The notes beneath the pieces were generated by a model. It did no database searches. It was not told where the DNA came from and saw only the letters and a program-made list of their open reading frames with translations. The position numbers were made by a program, and so were the translations under genes. From an uncultured delta proteobacterium (GTDB lineage Bacteria > Desulfobacterota > Syntrophia > Syntrophales > UBA2185), in the NCBI GenBank assembly GCA_963695875.1, contig CAVOID010000003.1:384001-448000 (forward strand): DNA of 64,000 bases. Direction: 5' to 3'. Shown piece by piece: positions 1 to 10,544 of the stretch (position 1 is the first letter of the stretch; each line of letters starts with the position of its first letter).

Positions 1-729
1 ATCCTTTCCATCTTCCCTGAGATGTTTGAATCTCCTCTTAATTGCAGTATTCTGAAAAGGGCAAGGGAGAAGGGAGTTGGTGGAAATCCATCTGCATAAC
101 ATCCGAGACTATGCCGAGGACAAGCATAAGATGACTGACGATGCCCCTTATGGGGGCGGCGGCGGTATGGTCATGAAGGTGGAACCGATCGATAGGGCTC
201 TGGCATCCATCTCCCGGAGAGAGATAGACGCTCTGATAGTTCTCCTGACACCCCAGGGGGAGACTTTCAGCCAGAAAATAGCCGAGGAGATGTCTCTATC
301 GTTCAGAATTGTGCTTATCTGCGGACACTATGAGGGTGTGGACGAAAGGGTAAGGGATGCATCTGGTTGACAAAGAGATTTCTATCGGTGATTATGTTCT
401 TAACAGGGGGAGAATTGTCGGCCATGGTTATGGTTGACGCCGTTTCCCGCTTGGTTCCCGGTGTTCTGGGGAATTATGAATCGGCATCTTCTGATTCTTT
501 TTCCACTGGGACTTTTGGAGTATCCCTCATTATACGCGTCCCAGCCAGTTACCGGGACTGGCAGGTTCCCGAGGTGCTGCTCTCGGGGAATCACCGGGAA
601 ATTTGAGACGTGGCGGAGGAAGGAATCGCTCCGAAGAACATATGTGAGGAGGCCGGATTTGCTCGAAAAAATATCAACTGTCCGAAGAGGATAGAGAGGA
701 TACTCGAAGAAATAAAGAAAAATCATTAG
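1..729 (+). CDS. trmD: tRNA (guanine-N1)-methyltransferase TrmD; 5'-partial, split by indels
   Basis: ILSIFPEMF at the window start, [32 protein letters not shown] and [10 protein letters not shown] spread over several frames; stop TAG 727-729; lies upstream of rplS. Confidence 0.95.
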
Positions 730-755
730 TTACGCGATCTGGAGGAATTTTCACT

Positions 756-1100
756 ATGAATGTCATGGAAATGCTTGAAAAAGAGCAGATGAGAGGAGAC
801 ATCCCCGCTTTCAAGCCGGGTGATACGGTGAAGGTGTATGTCAGGATTGTTGAAGGACAGAAACAGAGGATTCAGGCCTTTGAGGGTGTTGTTATTCGCA
901 GAAGACGGGGTGACTGCCGCTCCAGTTTCACGGTGAGAAAGGTATCCTATGGTGTGGGAGTGGAGAGGACATTCCCTCTTCATTCGCCGGTTATCGATAG
1001 GATTGAAGTAGTCAATCGCGGTAAAGTGCGGCGTTCCCGGCTGTACTACTTGCGAGGTCTGAGAGGGAAGAAGGCAAGAATCAAAGAAATGGGAAAGTAA
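756..1100 (+). CDS. rplS: 50S ribosomal protein L19
   Basis: [38 protein letters not shown]. Confidence 0.98.
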   Translation: MNVMEMLEKEQMRGDIPAFKPGDTVKVYVRIVEGQKQRIQAFEGVVIRRRRGDCRSSFTVRKVSYGVGVERTFPLHSPVIDRIEVVNRGKVRRSRLYYLRGLRGKKARIKEMGK

Positions 1101-1109
1101 CTATCAGGG

Positions 1110-1734
1110 ATGAATAGTTTCGAACGGCATGCCCATCAACGTGGTTATAAATTGATAGCTGGTATTGATGAGGCGGGAAGAGGACCTCTTGCAGGTCCCG
1201 TTGTTGCGGCAGCCGTGATACTTCCTACTGATTATGAAAATTCGGAAATCAAAGATTCAAAACAGCTTTCAGCTCGAAAGAGGGAAAGCCTTTATGAAAT
1301 AATAAAGCGGGATGCCCTCTCTATTGGCCTCGGTGTTGTCGAGGCATCTATTATTGATGCCGTGAATGTATTTCAGGCAACACTGGCTGGCCATGAAAGA
1401 GGCGGTATCGAATCTGTCCATAAAACCTGATTATCTGCTCATTGACGGGTCACATCGCATCTTTATTCCCATACCCCAGGAAACTGTCGTCAAAGGAGAC
1501 TCCCTGAGTATTTCCGTAGCGTCTGCGTCCATCATCGCCAAGGTATCAAGAGACAGGATTATGGAGATCTATCATCGTCAGTTCCCCCAGTATAATTTTT
1601 TGAAGAACAAAGGCTATGGTACGGGGGAACACCGGGAAGCAATCAAAAAATACGGCCATTGCAAGATTCATCGAAAGTCTTTCAGAATTAAAGAAAAGGG
1701 TGCCCTCCAGATAAATGCGGAACTGGAGTTCTGA
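1110..1734 (+). CDS. rnhB: Ribonuclease HII (frameshift near 1390)
   Basis: GIDEAGRGPLAGPVVAAAV and DSKQLS in one frame; KGDSLSISVASASIIAKVSRD and NKGYGT in the next. Confidence 0.95.
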
Positions 1735-1922
1735 TACCAGATTGCAATCGCTTGTTTGTTATTTATTTTTTACATTGGTACATCTCCGGGAAAGATGCTG
1801 GCATCTTCAGGATTAGGGAGGTAAAGGAGTCGAGGATTCGATCGAAAATCTTGATGAAAATTATCGATCACTTGGACCTTGAATTCTGAATCCGTCGCAA
1901 TTAAATTGAAGAAGAACTATTA

Positions 1923-2301
1923 ATGGTTATGAATGGTTTCGGAAGGATACGAACCGGGAAAAAAGGAGAAGACATTGCCGTTGCCTACTTGAAAAGCAAT
2001 GGATACAGGATCGTTGAACGCAATTACAAATGCCTTTTTGGAGAAATTGATATCGTGGCAAAAGACGGGAATACAGTTGTCTTCGTAGAGGTGAAAAGCA
2101 GGAAATCGGAAGAATTCGGTGATCCCCAGGTTGCTGTAGGATTGGAAAAGCAAAAGAAAAATTTCGAAGATTTCCCTCAAGTATTTAGGGGAAAAACACC
2201 TCTATCCCTGTAATGCGAGATTTGATGTTGTGGCGATTAAAATGCTGCCCAGTGGAAACAGGGTAGAACTTATTCAGAATGCCTTCGAACTTACGCTTTA
2301 A
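1923..2301 (+). CDS. yraN: YraN family (UPF0102) endonuclease-like protein (frameshift in A-run near 2160)
   Basis: GKKGEDIAVAYL, GEIDIVA, VFVEVKSR; C-terminal RFDVVAI...IQNAF in another frame. Confidence 0.9.
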
Positions 2302-2369
2302 ACCCCCCCGGAGTATTAACCTTTTTCAGACCTTCACAGCCTTGAAACTCTAACGTCAGAAACCTTATA

Positions 2370-3492
2370 CTAAAGGTACGAAGGCACTAGAGATGATATA
2401 TATCTTGCGATGGCAATGCAAGACGTTAATCCGGGAGACTCAATGCCGATGAGGTTTATCATCCCGGGGTACCCATTATCTCTTTCATCTTTAACGACAA
2501 AGTCACGGGACGGTTCTCCCGGGCCCTGGAGTTTCGGCCTGATGCCGCACATATCCGGATGGAGCATCTCTTCCTTGATCCCCGGCAGATAGTTTTTGAT
2601 GGATATGGTAAAAAGATGTTTTCCTGCCCTCATCAAGGCTGTATTCTATTTCGTCGACGTACTGGCTATCCGGGCCAAATTTGACGCGGTTGCCCAAGTC
2701 CAGTGTGGCATGGATGCCAAGGCTTACGGTATTTTCCGGCGGTACGGGATAGACTAAGTGATGCAGTTTCGGTGACGGGGAGGCAGAGAAGTAATTCCCC
2801 TTGCAATATTTCAAGCGATATCCCATGCGGTCAATGTCAATCCCTGCCAGGGCGGCAATTCTGTCGGAATAAAGACCGGCAGAGTTGATCAGAACCTTCG
2901 TACGGAATCTGTATTCCCCGCGGTTTGTTTCCAGTTCGTAAGATCCATTTTCCTTATGTATTGCTGTCACTTCCGACCGGAAGGCAATGATGGCCCCGTT
3001 GGCTTCCGCTCGCACATAGAAGGATCTCATCAGACTATGGCTATCGATGATGCCTGTGGACGGGGAGAAGATGGCGGCTTGGGCGCGGACATCCGGCTCC
3101 AGGGTCAGGATTTGCTTTTTCCCTAACAGATCGAGATCGGCAACGCCATTCCCCTCGGCGTGTTTCTTGATGGATGCAAGTCTTTCACACTCTTCATCAT
3201 CTGTGGCGACGATCAGTTTTCCGAGGCGTTTGTGGGGAATGTCTCTTGCCCGACAGAGCTCATAGAGGAGGCGGTTTCCCTCAGTGCAGAAGGCAGCCTT
3301 CAGGAATCCGTGAGGGTAGTAAATGCCGGCGTGAATCACCTCGCTGTTGCGACTGCTCGTTTCCTGGCCAAAGCCTGTGTTTTTCTCGATTAACAACACA
3401 CGCTTGTAGCGGGCGGAAAGCTCTTCCGCGATAGCCAGACCGATTATCCCGGCGCCTATGATGGTAATGTTGAATGTGTCGATATGGCTCAT
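2370..3492 (-). CDS. FAD-dependent oxidoreductase, L-2-hydroxyglutarate oxidase (LhgO)-like (frameshift near 2600)
   Basis: IIGAGIIG Rossmann motif, ETSSRNSEVIHAGIYY, C-terminal GIRPKL and GIESPGLTS. Confidence 0.85.
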
Positions 3493-3497
3493 GGATA

Positions 3498-4872
3498 TCA
3501 GAAATGTGTTAAGGGGGGTTTACCGAGGGGATAGACGTTAAAACCGATATCGAAGCATCTTCTGTGGTCAAGGATATTCCTGCCGTCGAAGATAGAGGCC
3601 GGTTTTGCCATGGTGTCGTAGATTTTTTTAAAATCAAGGTTTCTGTATATTTCCCATTCGGTCAGCAACGCGATGGCGTGGCATTCTTCGGCTGCCTTGT
3701 AGGGATCTTCTACGAAGCTTATTTTTCCGTTCACACCTGTCATGGTCAGCCCTGGCATTTCTCATGGCTTTCGGATCGGTGATGACGATTTCCGCTTTTT
3801 CCTCAAGCAGCCTTCTGGCGATTAAAATGGCAGGGCTTTCTCTCGTATCACCTGTGTTGGCCTTGAATGCAAAACCAAAAAGGCAGATCTTCTTGTCGGC
3901 AAGGGTATTGAACATGGCGGTCAGCATATTCAATATAAATCGTTCCTGCTGGTATTGGTTAATCTTTACAACGCTTTCCCAGTAGTCGGCGACTTCGTTA
4001 AGACCGTAATATCTGCAGAGATAGACAAGATTCAGGATATCCTTCTTAAAGCAGGAGCCTCCGAAGCCAACGCTGGCGTTGAGAAATTTGCTGCCGATCC
4101 GGCTGTCCATTCCCACCGCTCGTGATACCTCGGTGATATCGGCATCTGTCTTTTCGCAAAGGGCCGAGATGGCATTAATAGATGATATCCTCTGCGCGAG
4201 AAATGCATTCGATACTATCTTGGAAAGTTCACTGCTCCAGATGTTAGAGGTAATGATCTTTTCCCGCGGCACCCAGTTGGCGTATATTTCTACAAGAGTC
4301 TCTCTTGCCTTTAAACCGCCTTCCGTCTCCCGGGAACCGATGAGGATGCGATCGGGATTCTCCAGATCCCTGATGGCCGATCCTTCGGCTAAAAATTCTG
4401 GATTGGAGAGGATTTCAAAGGTGACAGAATGTGTATTACGCAATATATTTTCCATAGCCTGGGCGGTTTTAACGGGCAGTGTGCTTTTTTCGATGACGAT
4501 CTTTGATGATTTAGAATACTGGAGGATCTGCCTGGCTGTCTTTTCCCAGTACTGGAGGTCTGCCGCCATACCTGCGCCCGCACCGAATGTTTTGGTCGGG
4601 GTATTTACACTGACAAATATGATGTCATTGTCCCTGATTCCACCTTCTATGTCGGTACTGAAAAAGAGATTCTTCCCCGATGTTGCCCGAACAAGTTCAT
4701 CAAGACCTGGTTCATAAATGGGAAGTTCCTCGGAATTCCATTCGGCAATACGGGCAGAGTTAATGTCCACGACGGTGATCCTGTATCGAGGACATTTAGA
4801 TGCTATCAAAGCCATCGTGGGACCACCGACGTACCCGGCGCCGATACACAGAATATTTTTTTCGAATTTCAT
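3498..4872 (-). CDS. ugd: UDP-glucose 6-dehydrogenase (frameshift near 3755)
   Basis: [57 protein letters not shown]. Confidence 0.95.
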
Positions 4873-4887
4873 GTGATCCTCTAATTC

Positions 4888-5820
4888 TTAAATTACTGCA
4901 CGAAAATATGCAATCGTCCGCTCAAGACCCTCCTCAAGGTTTATTTGCGGCTGCCAGCCCAGCGTTTTCCTGGCTAAGGAAATGTCGGGTTTGCGCTGCA
5001 TAGGATCATCCTGGGGCAGAGGCTTAAATACTATCTTCGATCGGTTTCCTGTCATAGTGATAATCGTTTCAGCGAGATCAAGAATACTGAACTCTTCCGG
5101 ATTGCCGAGATTTACGGGGCCGAGAAAACTGTCGGCACTATCCATCATCATGATCAGACCAGCTATCATGTCATCAACATAACAGAATGATCTGGTTTGA
5201 GACCCGTCGCCATACACCGTGATATCTTCACCCTTCAGGGCCTGGATAATAAAATTGCTGACGACACGTCCATCATTCAGGGCCATGCGTGGACCATATG
5301 TATTGAATATTCTCGCAATCTTCACTTTTACATTATTCTGGCGGTGATAGTCCATCATAAGACATTCCGCAGCCCTTTTCCCCTCATCATAACAGCTCCT
5401 TGGTCCTACGGGGTTGACCCTGCCCCAGTATTCCTCCTTTTGTGGATGAACATCGGGATCACCGTATACTTCTGAGGTGGATGCCTGGAGAATCTTTGCA
5501 TTAAGACGTTTTGCCATTCCAAGGGTATTGATGGTTCCCATTACGTTGGTTTTGATGGTTTTAATCGGGTTATACTGGTAATGTACCGGAGAAGCCGGAC
5601 AGGCAAGGTTATAGATCTGATCCACTTCGAGGAAAATCGGATTGATTATGTCATGTCTGATTAATTCAAAGTGGGTGTTGGCCAGGAGATGAATAATATT
5701 TTCCTTGCTCCCGGTAAAAAAATTATCCAGGCATAGAATATCCTCCCCCCGTTCGATAAGTCGATCACAGAGGTGAGAGCCTAAGAATCCCGCGCCACCG
5801 GTGATAAGTATATGTTTCAT
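4888..5820 (-). CDS. UDP-glucuronate decarboxylase (UDP-xylose synthase), SDR family
   Basis: [59 protein letters not shown]. Confidence 0.93.
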   Translation of the reverse strand: MKHILITGGAGFLGSHLCDRLIERGEDILCLDNFFTGSKENIIHLLANTHFELIRHDIINPIFLEVDQIYNLACPASPVHYQYNPIKTIKTNVMGTINTLGMAKRLNAKILQASTSEVYGDPDVHPQKEEYWGRVNPVGPRSCYDEGKRAAECLMMDYHRQNNVKVKIARIFNTYGPRMALNDGRVVSNFIIQALKGEDITVYGDGSQTRSFCYVDDMIAGLIMMMDSADSFLGPVNLGNPEEFSILDLAETIITMTGNRSKIVFKPLPQDDPMQRKPDISLARKTLGWQPQINLEEGLERTIAYFRAVI

Positions 5821-6032
5821 AAACTTTTATCAGCAGATTTTAAAATCTACAACGTAAGTGTTTAAGAATCTTTTTCCCCAGCTTCAGTAATAAGAGATTT
5901 TGTTTTTATGGTTTTTTTCCGTCAGGTTTGGTATTAAACGAAAACCGCTTTAATATGTCAATAAAAAAAGTGCTTTGAGCCATTTAAATTACTCTTGGTG
6001 CGAAAATTCATTTTCAATGTTTTCATTGGGAC

Positions 6033-6875
6033 ATGGATGTTAAAAAAGGTACATTGTATGTCGTAGCGACCCCGATAGGGAATCTTGAAGATATTACCCT
6101 GCGGGCCATTCGGGTTCTCAGGGAAGTTCAGCTTATAGCCGCAGAGGATACGAGAAGGACAAAAAAATTGTTGGATACATATCAAATTCACACCCCCATG
6201 ACCAGTCTTCACGAGCATATTGAGAGTAAAAAAAGCAGCCTTCTGATATCTAAAATGAATGCGGGTGCTGATGTGGCCTTTGTATCTGATGCCGGGACGC
6301 CTGGCGTATCCGATCCTGGGTATGTGCTAATTAATAAGGCAATTGCAAATGGTATCAGAATAGTACCGGTTCCCGGTGTCTCAGCTGTCATAACAGCACT
6401 CTCTGTTTCCGGACTGCCAATAGGTTGTTTTGCCTTCTTCGGATTTTTGCCTCCACGATCTGGTAAACGGAAGCAATTATTATCATCCCTCATGGATGAA
6501 ACGAAGACGCTGGTATTTTATGAGTCTCCCAAAAGGCTGATAGCATCACTGTGTGATATTGAGGCTGTCCTCGGCAACCGGAAAGTTGTAGTATTAAGGG
6601 AACTGACAAAAGTCTTTGAAGAAATAATCCGAGGAACAGCCGGAGATGTAATCGATAGGTTTAAGGGAAGGGTTATCAAGGGTGAAGTAACACTGGTCGT
6701 AGCAGGAAATGAGAAGAGAATTCCTTTTTTCTCCGATGATGACATTTTTGCCAGATTTGAAGAATTGCGCAAAAGTTCTGATTCTTCCCAGCGTGACATC
6801 ATAGAAAAGCTTGCTGAAGAACTGGGAATTTCAAGGAAGAAAATTTATAAGCTGGTTGTAAGTCTTGATGGATAG
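6033..6875 (+). CDS. rsmI: 16S rRNA (cytidine1402-2'-O)-methyltransferase
   Basis: LYVVATPIGNLEDIT, AEDTR, SDAGTPGVSDPG, YESPKR, RELTKVFEE. Confidence 0.97.
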   Translation: MDVKKGTLYVVATPIGNLEDITLRAIRVLREVQLIAAEDTRRTKKLLDTYQIHTPMTSLHEHIESKKSSLLISKMNAGADVAFVSDAGTPGVSDPGYVLINKAIANGIRIVPVPGVSAVITALSVSGLPIGCFAFFGFLPPRSGKRKQLLSSLMDETKTLVFYESPKRLIASLCDIEAVLGNRKVVVLRELTKVFEEIIRGTAGDVIDRFKGRVIKGEVTLVVAGNEKRIPFFSDDDIFARFEELRKSSDSSQRDIIEKLAEELGISRKKIYKLVVSLDG

Positions 6876-6985
6876 GAAATATCAGCCGTACTATTTTCTT
6901 GAACAGTTTCCACAGGTATGATAACTCATTTTCATATTGTGGGAAAACGCATGGTTTAAAGGTACGTATGTGAGGTAGGTCGCAC

Positions 6986-7399
6986 ATGGATGCAAGATCA
7001 AAACAGTCGGTTGATGGGTTAGGAGAAGACAGTAAGGTGACTGTAGAAGCTGTTAGGGAGGGAAGTGTCCTTATTGACGGTCATTTATTAAAGCCGGATG
7101 ACAGGATTTACGAACTCGTTGAAATAGTCGATGGCAATAAGGGCGTTGAAACCAAACAGGATCGAGAAATCATTGTCATTGATGGTCGAGTATATGAGAG
7201 AATGTTAAGGCCGGAAGACAAAGTTTATGATCTCGTGGATATTTTAGAGAAGGGCTCCGGTGAGCGTCTTCAGGATTCAAACCTTAATGATGAAATAATG
7301 AAAAGGGTTAGCGACATTACTCAAAGAATAGCAAGAGAGATAGTACCTGAGATTGCCGAAAGGGTCATCAGGGAAGAGATTGACAAATTGAAAAGATGA
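6986..7399 (+). CDS. Hypothetical acidic protein with an internal repeat and a RomR/PopZ-like C-terminal helix
   Basis: ORF with RBS GAGG; C-terminal IAREIVPEIAERVIREEIDKLK. Confidence 0.7.
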   Translation: MDARSKQSVDGLGEDSKVTVEAVREGSVLIDGHLLKPDDRIYELVEIVDGNKGVETKQDREIIVIDGRVYERMLRPEDKVYDLVDILEKGSGERLQDSNLNDEIMKRVSDITQRIAREIVPEIAERVIREEIDKLKR

Positions 7400-8070
7400 G
7401 AAAACCTTTTTTAATTATACTGGTTTTTGTGACCTGGATTTTTCTCTTGCCCTGCAAGGGGTTTTCGCAGGACAATGAAGATGTCAAGTCGGTAAATACT
7501 GAGGGTACCAGCATCATAATCAATGATGATTTAGCTAGTGCAAGGAATAACGCCATTCAGGACGCCTTACAGAAGGCTGTGGAACATGTTGTTATTACAT
7601 TGATCCCCACCAAAACTATAGCAAGTCAATCTAAGATAATCAGAGACAATCTTTATGCCAAAAGTAATGAATATATTCATGATTACAGAATTATCAGCGA
7701 GAAACAATATCAAGCGGTCTATCAGGTTAATGTTAGGTCAACATTATTTGCAAGCAGCATAATAGATGATCTTCAGGCCCTCGGGCTTCTTATTGTGGAG
7801 AAGACAAAAGTTCCGGTAACTGTGGTAGTCATTTTAGTCCGGGGACTTAAAAGTTATAGTGACTTTGCAAAGGTAAAAGAACTGTTGAAGACCAAAATGA
7901 AAGTTATGAATATTTATCAGCGTCGTTTTGAATGGAGTATGGCAAGATTGGATTTGGAGATTCAGGGAACTGTTCAGTCCTTCGCTGGTGAGCTTGTAAA
8001 AACAGGACATTTTTCCTTGGACAATACTCGAGTCGATCAGAATTATATCGAAGTTTCTTTCTTGAAATAA
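7396..8070 (+). CDS. Secreted protein with a FlgT N-terminal-like domain
   Basis: Signal peptide; EGTSII...DLASARNNAIQDALQKAVE pattern; ATGA overlap with the previous gene. Confidence 0.6.
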   Translation: MRKPFLIILVFVTWIFLLPCKGFSQDNEDVKSVNTEGTSIIINDDLASARNNAIQDALQKAVEHVVITLIPTKTIASQSKIIRDNLYAKSNEYIHDYRIISEKQYQAVYQVNVRSTLFASSIIDDLQALGLLIVEKTKVPVTVVVILVRGLKSYSDFAKVKELLKTKMKVMNIYQRRFEWSMARLDLEIQGTVQSFAGELVKTGHFSLDNTRVDQNYIEVSFLK

Positions 8071-8140
8071 GGTAGGGTTGATGTTTTCATTCCGGGAGAT
8101 TTTAACTGCAAGAATGTTTTAATGCAGGGGTTTGACTGTT

Positions 8141-8737
8141 ATGGGTAGATTTAGCCGACTGTTTCAATTGGTAATTGTATTATCTTTGCTTCTTGGGTGT
8201 GCATCGAAAATACCCGACATGGTCAATTCCGATAAAAGCAAAAAGAGTACAAGGCTTATTGCCATATTACCTGTGAACAACCGAACAGCCAATGTAAAGG
8301 CGGGTCAGATGCTGAGGGAGGCGGTTCTTAACGAACTGTATTTCAAGGGTTATCCCAAAATTCCATTAAACATGATCGATGAAAAGCTCTCAAAAATCTA
8401 TAAAGATGGTATGGATTTTAAGAGAGTTGATATTTCTCCAAAGGCAGTAGGCGAGCTACTTGGTGTTGATGCGGTCCTGTATGCTACTTTAGATGAGTGT
8501 TCGACTTCCTACACCTTTGTGTACGCGCCTACCAGTGTTTCCGTGGTTCTTGAGCTGCGGAGTGCGAAGACTGGTGAAACACTCTGGAATTCCAAGTATA
8601 GAACTGTAAAAAGGAATTATGGGATTTCGCGGGAACAGCTTGAAATGGCATCATGCCAGGTTTTCGAGCCGGCGATCCAGGAAGTTGTGGAGAAGGTCAT
8701 GACGACTCTTCCTGATGGTCCTGATTCAGCGACTTAA
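8141..8737 (+). CDS. Lipoprotein, DUF799/GNA1162-like
   Basis: Lipobox LLGC; IAILPVNN, LLGVDAVL, KTGETLW. Confidence 0.7.
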   Translation: MGRFSRLFQLVIVLSLLLGCASKIPDMVNSDKSKKSTRLIAILPVNNRTANVKAGQMLREAVLNELYFKGYPKIPLNMIDEKLSKIYKDGMDFKRVDISPKAVGELLGVDAVLYATLDECSTSYTFVYAPTSVSVVLELRSAKTGETLWNSKYRTVKRNYGISREQLEMASCQVFEPAIQEVVEKVMTTLPDGPDSAT

Positions 8738-8848
8738 ACACGCAAAACTCTGAGAATATTTCAAAACCTCCGCAAAATCCCTACCTCGTGACTGGTGTAT
8801 CTCCTATTAAGGAGAAATGTATATTCGGCTTCATACAAGGAAACGCAG

Positions 8849-9609
8849 ATGAAAAAAATTATTATTTTTTTGTCCACATTGTCATTTGTGTTGCTTGGTT
8901 TGCAGCAGGTTGAAGCGAAAAGAGTTATGGAGCTAAAGATCGGTAAGGGCGAAGCTAAAGTCAACCTTTTGGAAGGGTCGGCTGAAGGTTCTTCCAGCGG
9001 GGAAGAAAGCATGGCGTTCCTTGAGGATGGGAGACACGCTCAAAGGAGGCGACGAGGTTAACACCGGAGTCTAAGGCGAGACTTGAGCTTGTCTTGCCTG
9101 ACTATTCTGCTGTTCGTTTTGCTGGTAATTCTCATTTTAAGGTTCTTCAGATGGAAGCCGGTGACGATGCTGTACCGTGGAACATAAAATTTCATTTGGC
9201 TGTTGGGAAGACTTGGGCAAATGTGAGCAGAGCGATGGGAAAAGGAAGTCAATTTGAGCTTCAGTGTGAAAATGCTGTAGCCGGTGTCAGAGGTACCATT
9301 TATCGAATGAATGTCGAGGAAGATAAGTCAGCCCTGGTAAGGGTATATGACGGATGGGTGTATGTATCGGGAGGCGGGCCAGCCGTGGAACTGCCGACGA
9401 TGATCGGTCCTCCAAAAAAAATTGCGGGACCCAAGCCGATTCCCGGTCCTAAAAAAGTTACTCTGGGGGAGTGGGTGTTTATTATTAAATCTATGCAGCA
9501 GATAAGAATCGCTGCGGATGGAACAGCGGAAAAACCGCGGGATTTTACTGAACAGGAAGATAGGGACGACTGGGTGGACTGGAACAGATCGAGAGATCAA
9601 GAATTATGA
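8849..9609 (+). CDS. Secreted FecR-domain protein (frameshift near 9000)
   Basis: Signal peptide MKKIIIFLS; FecR motif NAVAGVRGT and VRVYDG. Confidence 0.7.
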
Positions 9610-9662
9610 TCGGGGTAGAACCCAGGGATAAATTCTTCAGATAAACTGGATAGAACGAATAA

Positions 9663-10203
9663 ATGAATATACCCAATTTACTGACGTTGTTGAGAATCCT
9701 CCTTGTTCCTGTCACGGTAATCTTCCTCATGCAGGGAAACTTCACAAAGGCACTTATTGTTCTGGCTGTTTCGGGAATCACTGATGCCCTTGATGGTTTC
9801 CTTGCCCGCATATTGAACCAGCAGACTGTACTGGGGGCATATCTGGATCCCATAGCGGATAAGGCTCTCCTTGCAAGTTGCTTTGTGACGCTTGTCTATA
9901 AAGGGTATAATCCCTGGATGGTTCACGGTTATTGTCATCAGCAGGGATTTGATCATACTTATTGGTATTGCCATCATGTCAATCATGTCAATACCGTATA
10001 AAATCAGCCCATCATTTATAAGCAAGATCACAACTGCTCTGCAATTGTTCACATTAGTTTTTTTTCTGATGTTTCGTATTCTTCCTGGATTGATTGATTA
10101 TATATGGCTTTTGGTTTTACAATGGCTCACAGTCCTGTTCACCGTTATTTCCGGGCTTAATTATATGTTAAGGGGGATTAGGTTAAATACTTACTCACCA
10201 TAG
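9663..10203 (+). CDS. pgsA: CDP-alcohol phosphatidyltransferase, PgsA-like (frameshift near 9900)
   Basis: MNIPNLLTLLRI, TDALDGFLAR, GAYLDPIADK, ISRD, KITT. Confidence 0.85.
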
Positions 10204-10252
10204 CTTGGCATATAAATGTACCGTAAAAGAATGGGCAAATCACAATATTTGC

Positions 10253-10281
10253 TTGACATAACAGCGTTTTATTGTTAGAAA
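10253..10281 (+). promoter_or_regulatory. Sigma70-type promoter for tRNA-Val/thrS
   Basis: TTGACA, 17 nt, TAGAAA with extended TG, about 30 nt upstream of the tRNA. Confidence 0.6.
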
Positions 10282-10313
10282 ATCATCCTCTTCTATTGGG
10301 GAGACTCTGATGT

Positions 10314-10388
10314 AGGCACGTAGCTCAGGGGGAGAGCGCCATCCTGACGCGGTGGATGTCCAGGGTTCAAATCCCTGCGTGCCTACCA
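10314..10388 (+). tRNA. tRNA-Val(GAC)
   Basis: Acceptor AGGCACG/CGTGCCT, D arm TAGCTCAG..GAGAGC, anticodon stem CCATC/GGTGG with loop CTGACGC, T arm GGTTCAAATCC, encoded CCA. Confidence 0.96.
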
Positions 10389-10544
10389 TTTTTGTCAGAT
10401 AACAATAACAACCAAATATGACGATTAATCGTGGGTGAGGGCATCAGCAGGGTGTATGCGGTGATGCCCTTTCTTATAGATGGAGGCTGTGAGCTGAGAT
10501 GTACTTGAAATTGGCACGGAGGATTTTCGATATCAGGTTTGATT

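Noticed and set aside
10314..10388. tRNA-Val as an integration site for an island
   Set aside because: No integrase or duplicated tRNA 3' end was seen; thrS follows directly
10511..10530. TTGGCACG upstream of thrS as a sigma54 promoter
   Set aside because: The -12 TTGC element is missing at the required spacing
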